DNA of 64,000 nt from Leptospiraceae bacterium (GTDB lineage: Bacteria > Spirochaetota > Leptospiria > Leptospirales > Leptonemataceae). Each line of letters opens with the position of its first letter. Positions within the stretch are counted from its first letter, which is position 1. The translations under genes and the position numbers were made by a program. The stretch spans positions 288,001-352,000 of the forward strand of contig JAVJNR010000008.1 in NCBI GenBank assembly GCA_040217195.1. The letters are read 5' to 3'. Under the pieces are notes generated by a model, which saw nothing but the letters and a program-made list of their open reading frames with translations, was not told the DNA's origin and made no database searches. Shown piece by piece: positions 29,850 through 39,181 of this stretch.

Positions 29850-30263
29850 CTAAATGGGAGCGGTGTAGGTGGCAGTAACTCTGGTTTTGATTCCTCCACG
29901 GACGTTATAATCTCCATGAAGTCTTAACCATCGTGGCTGGCAGGCTTTTACAAGATCATCCAGCATACGGTTTACTACGTTTTCATGGAAGATACCAATG
30001 TCGCGGTACGCTGTAACATATTCCTTCAAACTTTTAAGTTCCAGACAGAATTCATTTGGTCGGTAACTGAGTAAGATGGTTCCAAAATCTGGCAGTCCAG
30101 TTTTTGGACAGATCGCGGTAAACTCCGGTATCTCCATATCAATGCGATAATTTCGATCCGGATAGATGTTTTGAAATACCTCGATTGATGGCAGGGCCAG
30201 ATTGCGAACCTGGTCCTGTTTGCCTTCGTACGTTCCTGTATAGAATTGTTCTGTTCTGTTCAT
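29850..30263 (-). CDS. queF: NADPH-dependent 7-cyano-7-deazaguanine reductase (preQ1 synthase)
   Basis: EFTAICPKTGLPDFG, ELKSLKEY, FHE, RGGI. Confidence 0.95.
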   Translation of the reverse strand: MNRTEQFYTGTYEGKQDQVRNLALPSIEVFQNIYPDRNYRIDMEIPEFTAICPKTGLPDFGTILLSYRPNEFCLELKSLKEYVTAYRDIGIFHENVVNRMLDDLVKACQPRWLRLHGDYNVRGGIKTRVTATYTAPI

Positions 30264-30412
30264 TGGTCCGGCCGAAGCAATTGATTCCAAGCTTCGATCC
30301 AGAAATCGGCAACCGTGCTAATTAGAAAAGCAAAAGAAATGCATAGTTCACAGGTCATTCCAGGCCGCAAATCCCTGAATTGCAGCCAGAGGAAGCTTCT
30401 GGCCAGAACAAT

Positions 30413-30445
30413 AAAAAAGCCCGACTCTCACTTCGAGAGCCGGGC
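30413..30445 (-). terminator. intrinsic terminator after phasin-like gene
   Basis: Minus strand GCCCGGCTCTC-GAAGT-GAGAGTCGGGC followed by T6. Confidence 0.85.
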
Positions 30446-30478
30446 CTGTGCACTGCACGAGGCAGCTGCATCGGATTC

Positions 30479-30901
30479 TTACGCTCCGGTAGAAGGCTTG
30501 GAAGCTCCACCAGAAGGGGATGCTCCGCCGCCGCGTAGCTCGCTGATTTTGCTGTTAATAACAGTAGAGAGCTCTTCGATCTTATCTTTGATTTCGTTTA
30601 CTCGCTCCTCGGGAACGATTTTTTCGATTTCAACTGTAGCTTTGTTGTACAGGTCCTGAAGTTGAGTCAGAGCCTGACCGTATGCATCGCCAGTTTTCTG
30701 GTTCAGATCGTTAGCCTGAGCTACGATGTCGTCCAGTACTTTGCGCAGTTGAACGGCAGGTTCGCTGTTGTCAGCGGCGCCTTTTGCCTTGAGCTCATCA
30801 AAAGTTCTTTGAACTTCTTTGATGGCATTGTTTACGCTATCCTCGCCTGCGCGAAACAGAGCGATACCAGCGTTGAGAACGTCGTGCAGAATCTTATCCA
30901 T
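30479..30901 (-). CDS. phasin-like amphipathic helical protein
   Basis: DVLNAGIALF...FDELKAKG pattern typical of phasin-related proteins; all-helical; own promoter and terminator. Confidence 0.7.
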   Translation of the reverse strand: MDKILHDVLNAGIALFRAGEDSVNNAIKEVQRTFDELKAKGAADNSEPAVQLRKVLDDIVAQANDLNQKTGDAYGQALTQLQDLYNKATVEIEKIVPEERVNEIKDKIEELSTVINSKISELRGGGASPSGGASKPSTGA

Positions 30902-30938
30902 GACTATCCTACCTTATTGAGTTTTTTTGCCTGCGTTT

Positions 30939-30986
30939 TTGTGCAACGCACAAGTCAGTATTGTGCGGTGCGTCATTGCCTGTCAA
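30939..30986 (-). promoter_or_regulatory. sigma-70 promoter (TTGACA-N18-AATACT) overlapped by PhaR-type operator boxes
   Basis: Palindrome TTGTGC-AAC-GCACAA at 30939-30953; imperfect copy TTGTGCGGTGCG at 30961-30972; TTGACA at 30986-30981. Confidence 0.6.
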
Positions 30987-31027
30987 ATTAAATTTTTAAT
31001 CCGGGGTGTTTTTTTTGGCAAGCGGAA

Positions 31028-31873
31028 TCAGTGTTTTGCCAGCCAGTTTCTTAGATCTTCCAGCGGCTCCCTTCGAATCTCGTTGAATATTTCATGATAT
31101 AGTCCCTCGTACACCTGAAGAGACCGATCCACAGAGGAAATTCGTTCGTAGAATTCCATGGATCCATCCACACTGGCAATCCCATCCTCCGAGCCATGGC
31201 CTAACCAGACCGGAATCCTGACCTTTCTGGCCCTTCGAAGCACTTCCTCACCGGCTTCCAGGAGACTTAATGCCATTCTCACACTTACCTTTCCATGGAC
31301 CAGCGGATCGGATCGATAGGCCTGGACCACCGATGCATCGTGGCTAATTAAGTTCGCATCCAGTCCAGCATCCATAATCAAATCATCTTTGATTACGGAA
31401 AGGAAGTGGCCCGCAAATTTCTTGGCCTGCATGGCCGGAGTGAGGCTCACTCGCAATCCGGGCGCGCTGAGCAGTAATCCAGCTATTTCCCATTGATTCA
31501 GCTGCGTAGTGGCAAAGGAGGCCGCTACCAGACCACCCATGGAATGGCCCAATAAGAATGGCTTTCGGATGCCCCATTTCTCTCGTATATGAAGTAAGAA
31601 TTGTTCCAGATCCCTTACATATCGAAAAATGCCGGCACTGTCGCCTTTCTTGCCCTGACTGCGGCCATGCCCCCGTGCATCAAAGGAATAGATGGCAATT
31701 TTCTGACCGGCCAGCACATCCAGAACATTTCCATATCGATCGCTATGTTCTCCAAAGCCATGATGAATGACCAAATGTTTCTGGGGCTTTTGAGGCACCC
31801 AGCTCTGCGTAAACAGTCTAAGGCCATCGTCAGTGATGATTTTGTCGCGGTGATTTTGATAACTGGTTGCCAT
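31028..31873 (-). CDS. alpha/beta hydrolase (monoacylglycerol lipase/lysophospholipase family)
   Basis: HHGFGEHSDRY, DARGHGRSQG, GHSMGG, HGSED, YHEIFNE. Confidence 0.92.
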   Translation of the reverse strand: MATSYQNHRDKIITDDGLRLFTQSWVPQKPQKHLVIHHGFGEHSDRYGNVLDVLAGQKIAIYSFDARGHGRSQGKKGDSAGIFRYVRDLEQFLLHIREKWGIRKPFLLGHSMGGLVAASFATTQLNQWEIAGLLLSAPGLRVSLTPAMQAKKFAGHFLSVIKDDLIMDAGLDANLISHDASVVQAYRSDPLVHGKVSVRMALSLLEAGEEVLRRARKVRIPVWLGHGSEDGIASVDGSMEFYERISSVDRSLQVYEGLYHEIFNEIRREPLEDLRNWLAKH

Positions 31874-31966
31874 GGTCGCCGAACCAATGGAATGGCCGGG
31901 CACTCAGTTAATCAATCAAAACTCGATTATGCTTTTCAAAGCTGAGGACCGAAACAGTGTGTCAGC

Positions 31967-32917
31967 ATGATGCGAATCGTTGCGGTTATGATACTGCTGG
32001 CTTCTTTAATTTCCTGCAAGACCCAGTTGCGTGGACCATCCGGGGATCCAGATTTCCCTCTGGCAGGACTCTATACTCAGAGGGATGGGGATACCTGGCG
32101 CATTCTATCCATTGCCTGCGGAGGGATTCGACATTCCGTGGATCCCCAGCAGCAGCAATGCCTCTTCTTACATCAGATTCGAGTACCCAGGGATCTCACT
32201 TTTTCCGGCAAGAGATTTGAGATTACTGAGCGATGGGGATTGATCGAATCCGATCCCGATGAGGCTTTGTTGACTCGTACTGTCTTTGTCCGCTACTACC
32301 AGGAAATCAAAGAAGGGGACTCCTGGAAGGTAGAAAATTTCAGCCGCCCCTTTGTAGATCGAGAGCTGAAAGGAGACGATCTATTCCTGCACTTAAAATT
32401 CGAAGATGGATGCTTACGAGATGATGAAGGTTGCTGGATTCGCAACCAGGGAAATCTTGTCTTACAGGAAGAAATACAGAAATCCGCAGAAACAAAAGAG
32501 GATTCTTCAATTCAACATATCTTTGAACCAATTTCCGGGCAGTCTGGACTGGCATTTTCACCTACCCTGGAATTTTTCCTGCGAAATGGCATGGTGCGTT
32601 CCGGTGAGAGCTTCACTTTGAAAAGTGATAAATGCTCAAAGAAAGCCAGAACAACCAGGTTCGGAGCAGGCTTTGTAGTTCTGGAGGGAGACTCTCTTGC
32701 AAACTGCGGACCGGAGTTTACTGTTATTCCGGAAACCAAACAGAACTGGAACCTGGCAGAGTTATATTCTCTGCGCACTGGCCTTGGAACTCCAATGAAG
32801 ACCGATTCGGAGAAAGAGCTAACCGAAAAAGAAAAAAGAAGACAGGAGATTCGCGAGAGAATTCAAAGAGGCGAAGAGGTAAGCCAGGAAGAGCTCCTGG
32901 AGGTTCTGGAAAACTAG
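31967..32917 (+). CDS. hypothetical lipoprotein
   Basis: MMRIVAVMILLASLISC lipoprotein signal; 316 aa. Confidence 0.65.
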   Translation: MMRIVAVMILLASLISCKTQLRGPSGDPDFPLAGLYTQRDGDTWRILSIACGGIRHSVDPQQQQCLFLHQIRVPRDLTFSGKRFEITERWGLIESDPDEALLTRTVFVRYYQEIKEGDSWKVENFSRPFVDRELKGDDLFLHLKFEDGCLRDDEGCWIRNQGNLVLQEEIQKSAETKEDSSIQHIFEPISGQSGLAFSPTLEFFLRNGMVRSGESFTLKSDKCSKKARTTRFGAGFVVLEGDSLANCGPEFTVIPETKQNWNLAELYSLRTGLGTPMKTDSEKELTEKEKRRQEIRERIQRGEEVSQEELLEVLEN

Positions 32918-32989
32918 GCCTCTGAAGTATCCACAGCCAATTTCATTTACGTCGAATTTGATCCAGGTACAGGGAATGGGATATGAAAT

Positions 32990-33916
32990 TCAGGGCATTT
33001 TCTTGCCCAGACAGATACAGAGAAGAGCCATTCTTACAATCACCCCATAGGCTGCCTGACGAAAATAGGCAGCATTAGGGAGGTCATCCACATCTGTGGA
33101 CAGCTCGGAAACCCGGGGCAATGGATGCATGATCAATGTAGGTTTTCTGGAAGCCAGAACGAAAGCCCGGTTAATGCTATAGGAGTCTTTGAGTTTCTGG
33201 TATTCATTTCGATCTACGAACCGTTCCTCCTGAATTCTGGTTATGTAGGCCACATCGCAGTCCCACAGTGCTTTGATATCCTCTTCTTCTTCAAAGATAA
33301 CCCCATGATTGCGCAAATCTTTCCGGTAGGATTCTGGAAGCGCCAGGTCCACAGGAGAGATAAAAATCATCTCAACGTCATAGTGGGCCAGTAGCTTGAC
33401 CAGGCTATGGATGGTTCTACCAAACTTAAGATCTCCCACAAAAGCAATCTTCAGACCTTCCAGTTTCCCTTTTTCCTTGAAGATTGTGTATAGATCCAGA
33501 AGTGCCTGAGTAGGATGCTGGCCGGCCCCATCGCCGGCATTGATTACCGGCACATTAACTGCAGCAGCGGCAATTCTGGAGCTTCCTTCCACAGGATGCC
33601 GAATCACAGCAATGTCTGCATAGGCTTCTATCATCTTCATGGTGTCATAAAGGGTTTCTCCCTTGCTAATGGAAGAGAACTGAAATCCCACCGTGGATAC
33701 AACTCGGCCGGCCAGGCGATTCATGGCCGTTTCAAAGCTAAGCCGGGTTCTGGTAGATGATTCGAAGAACAGGGAGGCCAGAACATTTCCTTCCAGCATC
33801 CCAAATACATCCTTTCCCAGTTCCTCGATGCGACGGGTATAGCGCATGATATAATCCAGATCCTCATGAGAAAACTGATCTGAGTCGAGAATATGAACGT
33901 GGGGAAATTCGTACAT
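32990..33916 (-). CDS. pyrB: aspartate carbamoyltransferase catalytic subunit
   Basis: [49 protein letters not shown]. Confidence 0.97.
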   Translation of the reverse strand: MYEFPHVHILDSDQFSHEDLDYIMRYTRRIEELGKDVFGMLEGNVLASLFFESSTRTRLSFETAMNRLAGRVVSTVGFQFSSISKGETLYDTMKMIEAYADIAVIRHPVEGSSRIAAAAVNVPVINAGDGAGQHPTQALLDLYTIFKEKGKLEGLKIAFVGDLKFGRTIHSLVKLLAHYDVEMIFISPVDLALPESYRKDLRNHGVIFEEEEDIKALWDCDVAYITRIQEERFVDRNEYQKLKDSYSINRAFVLASRKPTLIMHPLPRVSELSTDVDDLPNAAYFRQAAYGVIVRMALLCICLGKKMP

Positions 33917-33982
33917 CCAGTATACACAACGGCGCGCCGCTTACCGCGTAAACAAAAAGCCGTCCGGCTGGGACTGAGCTCC

Positions 33983-34315
33983 ATGGTTTTTGTCCTGACC
34001 CTTGTGGGCATCCCTGCCTTCGAAAACAGCACAGCCCAGGAGTTCTCCCGGCTACCTGAGATGCCCGAGACTCCTTCCCTGGATTTTGGAGCCGATAGTC
34101 CGCCTATAGGCAGGACCTGGAAGGAGAACGAAACCATCGTGCAGGCCTATGAAATCTGGGATGCACGATACTGTGAGTTAACTCCTAAACCCTTTCTCTG
34201 TGCTCGCTGCATTCGATCGGATCAGCAATTTGTTAGAATTATCTCTTTAGCAAAGGATGCATCCCCCTTTCGCCAGTATGAATGCAGACCATTCACCAGG
34301 CCCTATCTTTACTGA
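33983..34315 (+). CDS. small secreted Cys-containing hypothetical protein
   Basis: Hydrophobic N-terminus and four Cys; fills the gap divergent from pyrB; start uncertain (the longer ORF begins at 33893). Confidence 0.45.
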   Translation: MVFVLTLVGIPAFENSTAQEFSRLPEMPETPSLDFGADSPPIGRTWKENETIVQAYEIWDARYCELTPKPFLCARCIRSDQQFVRIISLAKDASPFRQYECRPFTRPYLY

Positions 34316-34394
34316 TTCAATTTTTTCCGATTCTCAAAGAGCATGGAAAAAAGTAAAATACCTGGAAAGTCCATTGGCTCCGGATTCAATATGA

Positions 34395-34590
34395 GGCGAT
34401 GAGCCGGTTGCTATTGGCTGGAAAAGCCGTATAACGGACTACAGTTACAGTACTTCGGATGCATGGACATAAGAGTTCCATCACAGTCAGGATGGTTTAG
34501 TGAAAAATGACGGGGTTCCGATGGGAGTAGCCCGGTAAGGCTGGAGCCCTTCAGCCTGAACCAGTTTCGCCGGCCGGGCTGAAGGGAGTT
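34395..34590 (+). ncRNA. candidate structured RNA, possibly 6S RNA-like
   Basis: Gap between convergent genes with no ORF of 60 aa or more; long-range pairings GGCGA/TCGCC, AGCCGGTT/AACCAGTT, GGCTGGA/TTCAGCC and CGGAC/GTTCCG frame a central bubble. Confidence 0.3.
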
Positions 34591-34670
34591 TCTTATGCAA
34601 TATCCGAGAATTCCGGCCAGTTAAGGACTGGTTCTGGATTCCTGGTTTTCACATTTCCGAAGAAGTTAAA

Positions 34671-35477
34671 TCAAAAGTCTGTGGACCATTTACCTTCCAT
34701 GGATGGAGGCACATCTTTTTTACCTTCCATAGAATCCAGCAGATCGGCCGGATCCTGAGTATTGGAAGCAGGGGTTGTATCGTTACTCAGACCGGAGATG
34801 CGGGGGGCCGCTGGAGAAGAAAAGCTTTCGGTTCCGCAGGGTCCTCCAGGCTGAATACAGATCTTCCAGGGACCGGTTCGCTTCTCTGCGTTGTACTCGC
34901 CGGATTGATAGAGCTGACCGTTCCGGTAATAGTAGGTCCATTTGCCATGGGCCACATCCATTACATACTCGCCCTTAAAGAAGATTCCTCCGCCGGGATA
35001 ATAGTCGGTCCATAATCCATGCTTGTATCCAGCTGTGAAGTTTCCCTCTCCGGACTTGTTTCCGTTGGAATCGTATACAATCCAGTGACCATCCTTATAG
35101 TTGTTCTTGTAGTTTCCCTCGGATTCCTTCTTTCCATTGGAATGGTACAACGTCCATTTACCGGTCATTTTGCCGTCGCGATAAGCGCCTTCTGCCTGCT
35201 TCTGGCCATTTTCATGGTAATAGGTCCATTCGCCCTGACGACTTCCTTCTTTGTAAGGTCCCCTGGCTTTTAGCTGGCCATTGGAATACCAGACCGATCG
35301 TTCGCCGTTGGCCGTAAGGAACCACACTTTTGTTTTGCTGAAATATGTGGCCCGGGCATCCACATCTCCCGGACGCTGGGGTGTAGCCATTAAGGGTGCA
35401 CTCAGAAGGATTAAGGAAAAAGCTGCCAGAATGGCATAGTCCATTTTAAAGATCATTTTTCTGCGGTTTTGTATCAT
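34671..35477 (-). CDS. secreted MORN-variant repeat protein (YwqK-like repeats)
   Basis: Signal peptide; about 6 repeats of G.W..YY.NG....EG.Y..G. Confidence 0.85.
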   Translation of the reverse strand: MIQNRRKMIFKMDYAILAAFSLILLSAPLMATPQRPGDVDARATYFSKTKVWFLTANGERSVWYSNGQLKARGPYKEGSRQGEWTYYHENGQKQAEGAYRDGKMTGKWTLYHSNGKKESEGNYKNNYKDGHWIVYDSNGNKSGEGNFTAGYKHGLWTDYYPGGGIFFKGEYVMDVAHGKWTYYYRNGQLYQSGEYNAEKRTGPWKICIQPGGPCGTESFSSPAAPRISGLSNDTTPASNTQDPADLLDSMEGKKDVPPSMEGKWSTDF

Positions 35478-35646
35478 GATAGCCTCTAAAGGATGTTCGG
35501 TATTATTTTCGGCAACTTGACGGCTGGACTACGGAATATCCAGACAATCAAATCCGATTCCAGACACCGAATGCAGCGCTGCTATCCTTTAGACGAATAT
35601 AATAATAGATGGATCAAAGCGCAAGCCCGGCAGACGGGCCTGGAGA

Positions 35647-36966
35647 TTAATTCTGACAGATCTGCGCTTCCAGACTGGCCGCTTGCTTCTTCAAGAATAG
35701 ATCCTGAGCAAACAAGGTATCCGTTCTCCGAATGCCATACAGGACTGCAGAATGGTCTTTTCTACCCAGCAGTATGGCAATTTCATTCAACTTCATACCG
35801 GCCAGTCGATTGAGGAAGTAGGCACTTAAATGCCTGGCCCGGACCACGGCCTGGTCTCGGGCACTGGAAGTGAGCAGGTCCGGATGAACGTTATAAAATT
35901 TACAGACTACGTCCAGCACCCGGGACGGCTCGACGGTCAGGCCGGACTGCATTAGATCTTCCAGAAGCCGGTCGGTCCAGGATGGATCTGCGGGCAACTG
36001 CTCAATGGCCAGTCGATGAATGGCATTTTGAAGCTTTCGATGATCGCCAGAAATTCTCTGCGCCAGATAGGTTGCATAACCATCTGGCAATTCCAGACCG
36101 TTTCTTAGGGCCAGAGCCTCAAGCAGAGAAGTGCGCCGGGCGTCAGTTAGATAATTCAGTTCCAGGGGACGGGCTTCCAGCAATCTGGATCGAAGGTCCG
36201 GTCCTACATCCATTTGACTTGCAGGCTGATCAGCTACCAGGATAAGTCTGAATTTGCCTTGCAGGGCAGAATCCATCAATGAGCGAAGCTGTTCTGCTGT
36301 GCGAACCGCTTTTTTGCGAAGGAATTGTAAATCATCGATGATGACCAGCTGCTGGCCATGCAGTTCCTTCTTCCACTCCAGTAACGTTCCTTCCCTGGAG
36401 GCCGTGGCAAAACTTACCAGAAATTCCTCCATGCTATAGGATCGGGTGCGATACCTGGCCGAAAGCACCCTGGCCAGGTGACTCTTACCACAACCGGACG
36501 GTCCTAGAAGATACAGAATTCCATTCCAATCGTTCTGACAGAGATCTGAGATTCTAGGCTCCAGGGCAGGGTCACAGACGAAGCCTTTCAATGCCTGAAT
36601 CGAAGCGTTCTCGATATCTAAAGTATCAGAATTCAAGTCAGAATCTCTGGTTCTGCGGCTATCTGATTTAATGGATGTAGTTCCTTTCGGCTGGTCAGAA
36701 GTCCCGCTGATCAGGCAAACCTGAAATCCTGCAGGTAGAAGAGGGGCCAGACTCTGGCGAATTAGATGTCCATATTTCATCTCAATATGAGTAATTCGCC
36801 TATCATCGGAGGCGATGAGGTACAGCTTCCTGGACTCTAAATCCAGGTCATGATCCAGAGGCCGGATAAAGTGCTCAAAGAAAATCCCGGGCAGATGCGC
36901 TGACAGTGCATTGCAGGCCTGCTCCCAGAATTCGCTCTCAACTGATTTTTCTATTTCTGCCAGCAT
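35647..36966 (-). CDS. divergent DnaA-family protein (domains I, III AAA+, IV), not in a dnaA-dnaN context
   Basis: FWEQ..FEHFIRPL (domain I), GPSGCGKSHL, IIDDLQFL, LRSRL, domain IV RARHLSAY..LGRKDHSAVLYG. Confidence 0.85.
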   Translation of the reverse strand: MLAEIEKSVESEFWEQACNALSAHLPGIFFEHFIRPLDHDLDLESRKLYLIASDDRRITHIEMKYGHLIRQSLAPLLPAGFQVCLISGTSDQPKGTTSIKSDSRRTRDSDLNSDTLDIENASIQALKGFVCDPALEPRISDLCQNDWNGILYLLGPSGCGKSHLARVLSARYRTRSYSMEEFLVSFATASREGTLLEWKKELHGQQLVIIDDLQFLRKKAVRTAEQLRSLMDSALQGKFRLILVADQPASQMDVGPDLRSRLLEARPLELNYLTDARRTSLLEALALRNGLELPDGYATYLAQRISGDHRKLQNAIHRLAIEQLPADPSWTDRLLEDLMQSGLTVEPSRVLDVVCKFYNVHPDLLTSSARDQAVVRARHLSAYFLNRLAGMKLNEIAILLGRKDHSAVLYGIRRTDTLFAQDLFLKKQAASLEAQICQN

Positions 36967-37354
36967 TTAGCGCTTCGATCCTTCTTGCGTTCTTCTATCG
37001 TTCTATTGTGCGATAATCACCCGATGCTGTAAATCTAGATGCTTCGATTCATCTTTGATCTAGAACCATAGGCGAAAATAATTCAGCGCGAAAGAGCAGG
37101 GAAGCCCCGATTGAAAAGGTTGTCCGTGCCAGAGCGCAGAATTATTATGTCGCATTAAAAAAGTATAGATACCAGAGTCTCCAGGTGCTTCTTAAAACAC
37201 AACGATGCAGCGATTTCCAATGAGCAATTTGTAGTGGAAGACTGGTGGAAAGTACGGTGGACAAATATCTGGCATTGAGCGGAGCTTGCAGCCACTTCAT
37301 TCCATTTACGGATTAATATTGGCAACAGACATGGGTTTAGAAACCTGGAGAGAC

Positions 37355-38140
37355 ATGGCGAAGCGAAGACCGGAAGAAAAGATTCAAGAGAAGAAAAGCA
37401 AGCTGCAAAAGAAGCAGGCTCTGATCATTGGTGCCTCTTCCGATATGGCGGTGGCAATGTCCGACCTTCTGGCATCCAGGGGTTGGAACCTCATTCTGGC
37501 AGGTAGAAATATCAAGGACATTCGAGACCAGTGTTCCGATCTGGGTATTCGTCATAAGATTTTGGCCGAAGCTTTAAGCCTGGATTTAATGGATGCAAAG
37601 CGTACGAGAAAGCAGATTGAATCCCTGGACGGTGTTCCAGAACTCACCGTTTGTTTTGCTGGCATCATGTTGAACGAGGATGATGCCAGGAGCAATTATG
37701 AAACAGCTGAAAAGATTTTGACCACGAATTTCAACGGAGTTGTGCAGGCCATAAATCCCATAGGTGAACTTCTGAAATCAGAAGGGCAGGGCACCATTGC
37801 CGTGGTTAGCTCTGTGGCCGGCGATCGAGGAAGACAGAGTAACTATCATTACGGTGCAGCCAAGGCCGGTCTAACTGCCTATCTTTCCGGACTAAGAAAT
37901 TATCTATTTCCATTTGGTGTTCATGTACTGACGGTAAAGCCAGGGTTTGTGCGCACCTCCATGACGGAAGGCATGGATCTGCCCGGACCAATCACTGCCT
38001 CTGCACAGAAAGTAGCCGCCGATATCTGGAAGGCTATCAGGAAGAAGAAAAACAGCATCTATACTCTCTGGATGTGGAAATATATAATGACCATCATCTG
38101 CAGCATTCCTGAATTCGTTTTCAAGCGCCTGAAGCTCTGA
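37355..38140 (+). CDS. short-chain dehydrogenase/reductase (DprE2-like subgroup)
   Basis: IIGASSDMA, SSVAGDRGRQSNYHYGAAKAG, KPGFVRTSMT. Confidence 0.88.
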   Translation: MAKRRPEEKIQEKKSKLQKKQALIIGASSDMAVAMSDLLASRGWNLILAGRNIKDIRDQCSDLGIRHKILAEALSLDLMDAKRTRKQIESLDGVPELTVCFAGIMLNEDDARSNYETAEKILTTNFNGVVQAINPIGELLKSEGQGTIAVVSSVAGDRGRQSNYHYGAAKAGLTAYLSGLRNYLFPFGVHVLTVKPGFVRTSMTEGMDLPGPITASAQKVAADIWKAIRKKKNSIYTLWMWKYIMTIICSIPEFVFKRLKL

Positions 38141-38219
38141 TGTATAAGTCGCTCAAACCTTTTCTCCGGCTAAAATAGGTGGCCTGAGAAAGGGATTCGA
38201 TATTACACTTAAAGTAAGT

Positions 38220-38933
38220 ATGTTTTCAGCCAGTATCTGGAGTAGCACCGTGCCCAAACAATCCGATGGAATTACAAAGCCCTCATTGAGAATTTTATCC
38301 AGTCAAATAATCCTACTTCTGGTCGGATGTTTGTTCCTGATATCAGGCGCCTGTAGACCCGGGGTGCATACCAGTCCGGAGATTCTATCTCTGGAAGGTC
38401 GTACACTGGAAGGCAATGATGTACCATTGAAAACCGTGGAATCCAGGGGAGTGGTCTTAAACTTCTACAGCCCAACGTGCATTCCATGCATCGAGGAACT
38501 ACCTGCGCTGCACATTCTGTATGACCAGGCTCGTTCCCTGGGAATTGAGATGTACCTTGCTGTAAGTCCGGATCTGGAATCCAACGGTGTGGACATTTTG
38601 AAAGCTTCCAGCGATCCGGATTTCAAAGAAATGTATCCTCTACTGAAAGCCAGACTGGAGCAGGACATAGAACGCTACAATATTCGTATTCCGATGATGG
38701 TGCTCAAGCCACCTTTCGAAATCAAAGAGAAAGGACCAGTAACCGGCACTCCTGAAACAATCTTTCTAATGACCGATCCTTTGAGATTGCACTACAATCT
38801 GGTGGGACCGGTTACCCTGGGGCAAAGTCAGCAGGAAGTTCTATCCAGCAGCCGATTTCGGTTCGCACTGGACTTGCTGACTCAGCTTGCAGCCGCCAGT
38901 GGTCCAGCGGAATCGTCTCCCAGGGGTTATTGA
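38220..38933 (+). CDS. TlpA-family thiol-disulfide oxidoreductase lipoprotein
   Basis: VVLNFYSPTCIPCIEELP, GTPETI; lipobox-like SGAC. Confidence 0.85.
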   Translation: MFSASIWSSTVPKQSDGITKPSLRILSSQIILLLVGCLFLISGACRPGVHTSPEILSLEGRTLEGNDVPLKTVESRGVVLNFYSPTCIPCIEELPALHILYDQARSLGIEMYLAVSPDLESNGVDILKASSDPDFKEMYPLLKARLEQDIERYNIRIPMMVLKPPFEIKEKGPVTGTPETIFLMTDPLRLHYNLVGPVTLGQSQQEVLSSSRFRFALDLLTQLAAASGPAESSPRGY

Positions 38934-39181
38934 AACTTCGCGTACTGGAAAGCCGTACCATTCTGATTCAGATTCTTTCCGGTAATTTTCGGATGAAGGG
39001 ACAGTAGATTCAGGCACTTCTATTCTAAACGCCAAATCAGGCAAGGCGCAACATTGCGGATGTATCTGGTCCGTGTATCCTGGAGCAGAGCCAGCCTTAA
39101 AAAGTCCAGACAGTATTGATTCCGCAGACAGGATTCATAACAGGCCGCCGGAAGGTCGAGCCTGCTTACTGCAGGATTGCA

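Noticed and set aside
30264..30412. preQ1 riboswitch upstream of queF
   Set aside because: No preQ1 hairpin plus A-rich tail found on the minus strand.
34391..34510. Tiny selenoprotein ORF (ATG AGG CGA TGA GCC GGT TGC, UxxC)
   Set aside because: No RBS, no recognisable fold and no clear SECIS; likely chance.
34395..34590. Fluoride, yybP-ykoY or c-di-GMP riboswitch
   Set aside because: Only short words match (GGCGATGAG, GGGAGTAGC, CGGGGTT.CCGATGG); the other conserved elements are missing and there is no downstream gene on that strand.
35495..35521. Sigma-28-like TCAAG-N14-ACCGAACA upstream of the MORN-repeat gene
   Set aside because: The -10 match is too weak to support.
36967..37354. Chromosomal oriC
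   Set aside because: No consensus TTATCCACA boxes, no clear AT-rich unwinding element, no dnaN or gyrB neighbours.
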